Shown here piece after piece: positions 62,513-64,000 of a DNA stretch of 64,000 nucleotides. The DNA comes from Paragordius varius (Eukaryota; Animalia; Nematomorpha). Location of the stretch: positions 3,968,001 to 4,032,000 of the forward strand of contig OZ176052.1 in NCBI GenBank assembly GCA_964247055.1. Direction: 5' to 3'. The first letter of the stretch is position 1. Each line of letters opens with the position of its first letter. The notes below the pieces were generated by a model that worked only from the letters and a program-made list of their open reading frames with translations, made no database searches and had not been told where the DNA came from. The translations under genes and the position numbers were made by a program.

Positions 62513-63263
62513 CTATTTGTACTTCGATTTTTTTAAATTACGATCACATGAAAAAGGAGCCCATATAAAATATGTTTATATAAATTTATTTCCTGTATTA
62601 CTAACCCATATTGCTACAAAGTATATGGTTGAAAAAAAAACTATTTTAGGTTTTTGGCATCTTAGGGGAAGTTAATATATTTATTACCCTTAATATATAT
62701 TAAAAAATATTAATACAAGATAATTTGGTGTAAAAAAGGTTTTATGTCAACTTAATAATTTGAGGTCTACTGAAAATTGGAAACGAAAACTTTATAGGAG
62801 CCAAATTCGATTTCCGTGGATGAGAAAATAATAAATTAAAAAATTGAGTAAGTTTTTTCGAATGGGATATAACAAGTAATATATGATGTATTGAAAAATT
62901 TATTATGCATTATTAGCGATTCTGGAGGGCAGATTACAATTCACATAAATGCAATTTACGTTTTTCTACCCCATTTTTAGATTTATGCATTGTTAGTTTC
63001 AACAACTCTCCGAAAAATATAAAGATTCCATTTAAATTATTTTGTTAGGTTCGGCTAAAACTTTGTGAATCTTAGTGAGAAATAAAATTTATTTGTTGGT
63101 GCATTTTCCGCAACTCTATTGTTTTTATATGGACTAATATGCGAAAAAAATGCGATAATTTAATTTTTTATGATAGTAAAAAAAACTTGTAGGACTCTTT
63201 CTATTATTTAACCGCGTTCATTTCGGTAAGCGTATAAAGCTCGTCAATCGGATGATCTATACT

Positions 63264-64000
63264 TAAGGTGACCAGACGTCCCGCTTTTTCACACTTAGTC
63301 CCGCGTCCCGCTACGTTTTTGAAATGTCCCGCTTTTTCACGATTATATAAAAAAAATTTTATTGAAATTTTTTATAAAAATTTATTTTTTTATTCGTCTT
63401 TTTTATCATTAGTTATCTTAAAAATCTAGATGAATTTCAAATTAAAATTTTTTATTTTTAAATTAAAAATATTTAGTTTTTTCGAATTTATGAAACACTT
63501 TGCTTCCTACCCCTACTATCATTATCAAAAGACAAATTAATACCTCAAATCGTAGCTTATACGTTATCTTCAGAAAATCAAGGTAATATAATATTTTTTA
63601 TACTAATATTAGTTTAAAAATATGAATACAAAAAGAGGATGTAAATTCAAAGATGAATTAATAAAAGAATTTCCTTTTATCAAAAAAAACGAAGAATTAA
63701 TCATTTGTTAAATGTTCTTTATGCGGGGAATTCACCCTAGCACATGGCGGAAAGCATGATATTACAAATCATATGGAAACACAGAAACATAAAAAATGTT
63801 TCGATATGGCGGCATCATCTTGCAAAATGAGCGATTTTTATCGAAAAACCGCTTTTGGAGAGGAAGAAAAGAATTTGGCACTAGCCGAAGGCGTTTTATC
63901 TTTTCACGCCGTTAATCACAATCACTCCTTTAGATCTATGGATTTTACCTCACAGGTTATATTTTACCTTATTCAATAAAAAATTTACATGTGCCCGTAC
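63264..64000 (+). mobile_element. 5' end of a hAT (Blackjack/Charlie-like) DNA transposon with a disrupted BED-finger transposase; runs off the window
   Basis: TIR taaggtgaccagacgtcccg with subterminal gtcccgc repeats. From 63622: MNTKRGCKFKDELIKEFPFIKK / frameshift / KCSLCGEFTLAHGGKHDITNHMETQKHKK (C-x2-C...H-x5-H) ... AEGVLSFHAVNHNHSFRSMD ... stop ... FTCART. Confidence 0.8.

Overview
AT-rich, intron-rich animal genomic DNA; the taxon cannot be determined from the window. It is not prokaryotic and has no CRISPR array or recognisable rRNA/tRNA gene. Six protein-coding genes were assembled by hand from GT-AG junctions: the 3' part of a METTL24-like methyltransferase (+), an intronless SLC35B2/PAPST1 with a large loop insertion (-), a UBE2W-like E2 absent from the ORF track (+), TPR/Megator (~43 exons, +, one 200-N gap), STIP1/Hop (-) and eIF3d (+, head-to-head with STIP1). 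Introns and intergenic DNA hold degraded Mos1-like mariner copies (two with nested insertions), several MITE families (TA- and TTAA-flanked), a long foldback element, a Helitron/DINE-1-like element with a ~160-bp internal array, and the 5' end of a hAT transposon. The most striking signal is six ultra-short (22-26 nt) GT-AG introns in three housekeeping genes. Each is required to restore a conserved reading frame, all are non-3n, all lie at the 5' end of the CDS, and they coexist with kilobase TE-filled introns in the same genes. All coordinates were read by eye and need RNA-seq confirmation.
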